From the NCBI GenBank assembly GCA_019241915.1, contig JAFAWI010000074.1, forward strand, positions 1-28,487: a stretch of 28,487 bases of DNA, written 5' to 3'. Each line of letters opens with the position of its first letter. Position 1 is the stretch's first letter. The notes below the pieces were generated by a model. That model had not been told where the DNA came from, made no database searches, and saw only the letters and a list, made by a program, of their open reading frames with translations. The stretch is from Alphaproteobacteria bacterium (GTDB taxonomy: Bacteria; Pseudomonadota; Alphaproteobacteria; ATCC43930; CGMCC-115725). A program made the position numbers and the translations under genes. Positions 25,368 through 28,487 of this stretch are shown here, one piece after another.

Positions 25368-25954
25368 CTCCGTTGGCCCGATTCGCCCCATCGACACACG
25401 GTGCCGCTATCCAAACCAAACAGATCGAGGAGGCGGCCCAACGTGTGGTCGACCATCTGGTCAATTGTCGCCGGCTTGGCGTAGAACGCCGGTACCGGCG
25501 GCGCGATTACCGCGCCCATGTCGGATAGCGCCGCCATGGTGCGGAGGTGCCCGCTGTGCAGCGGCGTCTCGCGCACCGCCAGCACCAGCCGCCGGCGCTC
25601 CTTGAGCACGACATCGGCGGCGCGGGTGAGCAGCGTGGTGGTCACACCGGAGGCGATCTCGCTCATGCTGCGGATCGAGCACGGTACGACGATCATGCCC
25701 AGCGTTTGAAACGAGCCCGAGGCGATCGGCGCCGCCATATCGCCGATCGCATAGACCGCCGCGGCCCGGCTTCGCAAGTCGGCTGGCTTCAAATCGGTTT
25801 CGAGCGCCAGCGTCATTTCGGCCGAGCGACTGACCACAAGATGGGTCTCGACCGGAAGCTGTTGCAGCAATGTCAACAGCCGGGCGCCATAGATCGCGCC
25901 CGAGGCGCCGCTGATCCCGACGACGAGGCGCGCTGGGTGTTTGCCTTGTCGCAT
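25364..25954 (-). CDS. ubiX: Flavin prenyltransferase UbiX
   Basis: VVGISGASGAIYG, APIASGSF, PCSIRS, LLTRAADVVLKERRRLVLAVRETP, IAPPVPAFY. Confidence 0.95.
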   Translation of the reverse strand: MRQGKHPARLVVGISGASGAIYGARLLTLLQQLPVETHLVVSRSAEMTLALETDLKPADLRSRAAAVYAIGDMAAPIASGSFQTLGMIVVPCSIRSMSEIASGVTTTLLTRAADVVLKERRRLVLAVRETPLHSGHLRTMAALSDMGAVIAPPVPAFYAKPATIDQMVDHTLGRLLDLFGLDSGTVCRWGESGQRS

Positions 25955-26088
25955 TACGGCCCCTTCAACACGATCCGCTCGACATCACATAACTTGGCGA
26001 AGCAGCTGTCGGCGACGGTCGAAACCGCTGTTCCAAAGATCGGCCCGACGCTACCATCGGCCTTGGGAGTGTCACAGGAGGATACTGC

Positions 26089-26259
26089 ATGTCGCAGCAC
26101 GATCGCATCGAGGCACTCAAAGAAAAGCACGCATCGCTCGAACGCGCTCTCGATGAAGAAATCCACCGGCCGCTTCCCGATCAGGCGGCGATTTACGATC
26201 TGAAGCGCCAAAAACTCCGCATCAAGGACGAAATCGTACAGCTCGAGCGGACCAATTAA
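26089..26259 (+). CDS. Second DUF465/YdcH-family small protein (56 aa; absent from the ORF track)
   Basis: AGGAGG SD; MSQHDRIEALKEKHASLERALDEEIHRPLPDQAAIYDLKRQKLRIKDEIVQLERTN. Confidence 0.88.
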   Translation: MSQHDRIEALKEKHASLERALDEEIHRPLPDQAAIYDLKRQKLRIKDEIVQLERTN

Positions 26260-26274
26260 GTTGTAAACAGGCTT

Positions 26275-26309
26275 GGCAGCGAATACGGGTTCAGGCCGCC
26301 TTCGCTGCC
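26275..26309 (+). terminator. Inverted repeat just after the second DUF465 stop
   Basis: GGCAGCGAA / TTCGCTGCC 9-bp stem with a 17-nt loop; no U-tract. Confidence 0.3.
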
Positions 26310-26887
26310 GCAGCGACCGCGCTGTTGCCGTCGGCCGTGGCGGCGCGCCGCAAGGCGCCAACCAACCCGGCATGCTCGCCGCCGCGGTATGGCTGTAGCT
26401 GCGGATCGTCTCAAACGCAGAAGGGCCGTGCAGCAGAGCTGGGTTCCCGGCTTCATCACCGGCTGCAACGCGAACAAATAAACGACGAGCCAGAGGTCTC
26501 CGGTCCGGCGAAAACCGGCCATTCGAATTGATCGACTGCTCCAATGCCGCGCATCCGCTGGCCTTCTCGGCGCGGCTTCGGCCGGGCTGCTCGATTCGCT
26601 GCGCAGCCGCGGCGAGGGACGTTGATCCCACACGCGTCCGCCGGATTTATTGGAGCCTTATTTTCGGCACGGCTTGCTATTCCTGGACGCGCTCGCGCAA
26701 GTGCGTCCACGCGGCACGTCGACGGGCAGGTCGGTCAGATGCCGGCAGCAGCCCCTGCCGTCCGCTCCGCCAGGCGGCTCCCCATGGCATGACGATGGGA
26801 ATTTGACCTGAGCGTGCGTCAGAAGCGGCGATACGGGCGCATGTCGGTTAAGCTGTGCGACCCGCGAACGCGGCAGAGGGGGAGCCA

Positions 26888-28487
26888 ATGACCGATGTCG
26901 CGCAAGTCGAAAAACCTAAGCCGGCGTCATCGATCGAGCATCCGGTCACCGCCGCTGCGGCGCTCGCCGCGCTGGGTATCGTCTACGGCGACCTTGGCAC
27001 AAGCCCGCTCTACACGATGCCAGCAATCATCGAGAGCATCGGCGGCAAATTTTCCCCGGAAATAGGGCTTGGCATCCTGTCGCTGATCTTCTGGGCGCTG
27101 CTGATTACCGTGTCGGTCAAGTACTGCCTCTTCGTGATGCGGGCCGACAACCACGGTGAGGGCGGCATCCTGGCACTGATGTCGCTGGTCGCCGGCCGCG
27201 GCTATGGGCGGGCGCCGGCGCTTGTCATGATGGGCCTGTTCGGCGCCGCGCTCATCTACGGCGATGGCATCATCACCCCGGCGATCTCGGTGCTCAGCGC
27301 CATCGAAGGGGTCAATGTCGCCAGCGATGCCCTGAAGCCCTACGTCATGCCGATTTCGGTAGCGATCCTGGTCGCGCTCTTCATGGTCCAGCACCGCGGA
27401 ACCGCGGCGCTTGGGGCTGTACTGGGTCCGGTCATGCTCGTGTGGTTCGTGGTGATTGCGGCGCTCGGCATTGGCGGGATCGTGCGTCACCCGGCGGTCA
27501 TCGCAGCGGTCAATCCGCTTCACGGCATCCACTTTCTTGCCACCGACGGGTGGCGCGGCTTCACGATCCTCGGCGGCGTGTTTCTCGCCATCACCGGCGG
27601 CGAGGCCCTGTACGCCGACATGGGCCATGTCGGCCGCAACCCGGTGCGCATCACCTGGTATGTCGTCGTCTTGCCCGCGCTGCTGCTCAATTATGCCGGG
27701 CAGACGGCGCTGATGATCGCCGAACCCGGCGAGGGCAGTCCGTTCTTCAGGCTGGCGCCGGACTGGGCGCTTTATCCTCTGGTCTTGCTGGCGACGGCGG
27801 CGACGATCATCGCCAGTCAGGCGATCATCACCGGTTCGTTCTCGCTCACCCGCCAGGCGATGCAGCTGGGGTGGTTTCCGGGTCTGGTGATCCGCCAGAC
27901 CTCGGATACCGAGTACGGCCAGATCTACGTGCCCGTCGTCAACTGGGCCATGATGCTGCTCACGGTGTTGTTGACCATCGGGTTCGGCAGCTCCGAAAGG
28001 CTGGCCGGCGCCTACGGCACCGCCGTTTCGACCACCATGATGCTGACGACCGCGCTGCTCTACACGCTGATGCGCGAGCAGTGGAGATGGGCGATGCCGT
28101 TGGCGGCGGGGGTCGCCGGGACGTTCCTGTTGGTCGACCTGGTGTTCTTTGCGGCAAACCTGCTGAAGATCGCAGACGGCGGCTGGGTTCCGCTGACCTT
28201 TGGCGCCATCGTCTTTGTGGTGATGACGACCTGGCACGCTGGGGTCGATGCCGCGCACCAAAAGCAGGTCTCGCAGGCGATGACGCCGGGCCGGTTTCGC
28301 GCTTGGCTGCGCCGCCGCAAGGTCTTGCGGGTCCCCGGCACCGCGATCTTTCTCACCAGGATGAGCGAGCTCGTGCCGCCGCAGGTGATCGAGCACGCCC
28401 AGCAATTCGGCTCGCTGCCCGAGACCATCATCGCGCTCACCTTGGCGTTCGAGAGCGTGCCGCGCGTCCCGCCCGACAAGCGGCTCG
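26888..28487 (+). CDS. kup: KUP/HAK/KT potassium transporter, truncated by the window end (absent from the ORF track)
   Basis: GGGGAG SD; LGIVYGDLGTSPLY, MRADNHGEGGILAL, YGDGIITPAISVLSAIEG, GGEALYADMGH, IASQAIITGSFS, GQIYVP, LAGAYG, KIADGGW. Confidence 0.96.
   Translation, partial: MTDVAQVEKPKPASSIEHPVTAAAALAALGIVYGDLGTSPLYTMPAIIESIGGKFSPEIGLGILSLIFWALLITVSVKYCLFVMRADNHGEGGILALMSLVAGRGYGRAPALVMMGLFGAALIYGDGIITPAISVLSAIEGVNVASDALKPYVMPISVAILVALFMVQHRGTAALGAVLGPVMLVWFVVIAALGIGGIVRHPAVIAAVNPLHGIHFLATDGWRGFTILGGVFLAITGGEALYADMGHVGRNPVRITWYVVVLPALLLNYAGQTALMIAEPGEGSPFFRLAPDWALYPLVLLATAATIIASQAIITGSFSLTRQAMQLGWFPGLVIRQTSDTEYGQIYVPVVNWAMMLLTVLLTIGFGSSERLAGAYGTAVSTTMMLTTALLYTLMREQWRWAMPLAAGVAGTFLLVDLVFFAANLLKIADGGWVPLTFGAIVFVVMTTWHAGVDAAHQKQVSQAMTPGRFRAWLRRRKVLRVPGTAIFLTRMSELVPPQVIEHAQQFGSLPETIIALTLAFESVPRVPPDKRL

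Noticed and set aside
26290-26345. tmRNA tag-like peptide (ADGNSAVAAAAKAA*) on the minus strand
   Set aside because: No tRNA-like acceptor or T-arm (GTTCRA, CCA) or ANDN resume motif nearby
26665-26678. Sigma54 -24/-12 promoter (CGGCACGGCTTGCT) upstream of kup
   Set aside because: GG and GC are separated by 8 nt, not the required 10
26600-26887. ydaO/c-di-AMP riboswitch upstream of kup
   Set aside because: Conserved ydaO elements were not found, and this riboswitch is not typical of the inferred lineage
768-28405. Many long alternative-frame or antisense ORFs in the track (e.g. 15624..18167-, 9814..11286-, 11223..12428-, 13005..14321-, 19375..20601+, 26927..28405-)
   Set aside because: They overlap well-supported genes, are Arg/Pro/Ala-rich without motifs, and are typical stop-poor shadows of high-GC coding DNA

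Overview
GC-rich bacterial window with three blocks. The host is probably an alphaproteobacterium (Rhodospirillales-like), inferred from the purK-purE/GGDEF/DUF465/TIGR02444/ubiX neighbourhood. (1) 1-15332: a co-directional flagellar cluster flgG-flgH-flgI-flgJ-(flgN-like)-flgK-flgL-[sulfotransferase+glycosyltransferase fusion]-fliC-fliD-fliS-flgM, with beta/gamma-type order and content and an almost charge-free flagellin. (2) 15347-22032: a regulatory block with a tandem-XRE/S24-like regulator, an RpfC-like membrane sensor whose kinase core is degenerate (H-box His replaced by Glu), a stand-alone 47-aa TPR-repeat protein and a PAS-GGDEF diguanylate cyclase. (3) 22060-28487: purK, purE, a second GGDEF protein, two DUF465 genes, a TIGR02444 protein, ubiX and a 3'-truncated kup. 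I saw no rRNA, tRNA, CRISPR array or transposase. The best candidates for undescribed biology are the RpfC-like pseudokinase/TPR/DGC/XRE block and the sulfotransferase-fused flagellin glycosyltransferase. All family assignments come from recalled motifs read by eye, not database searches.
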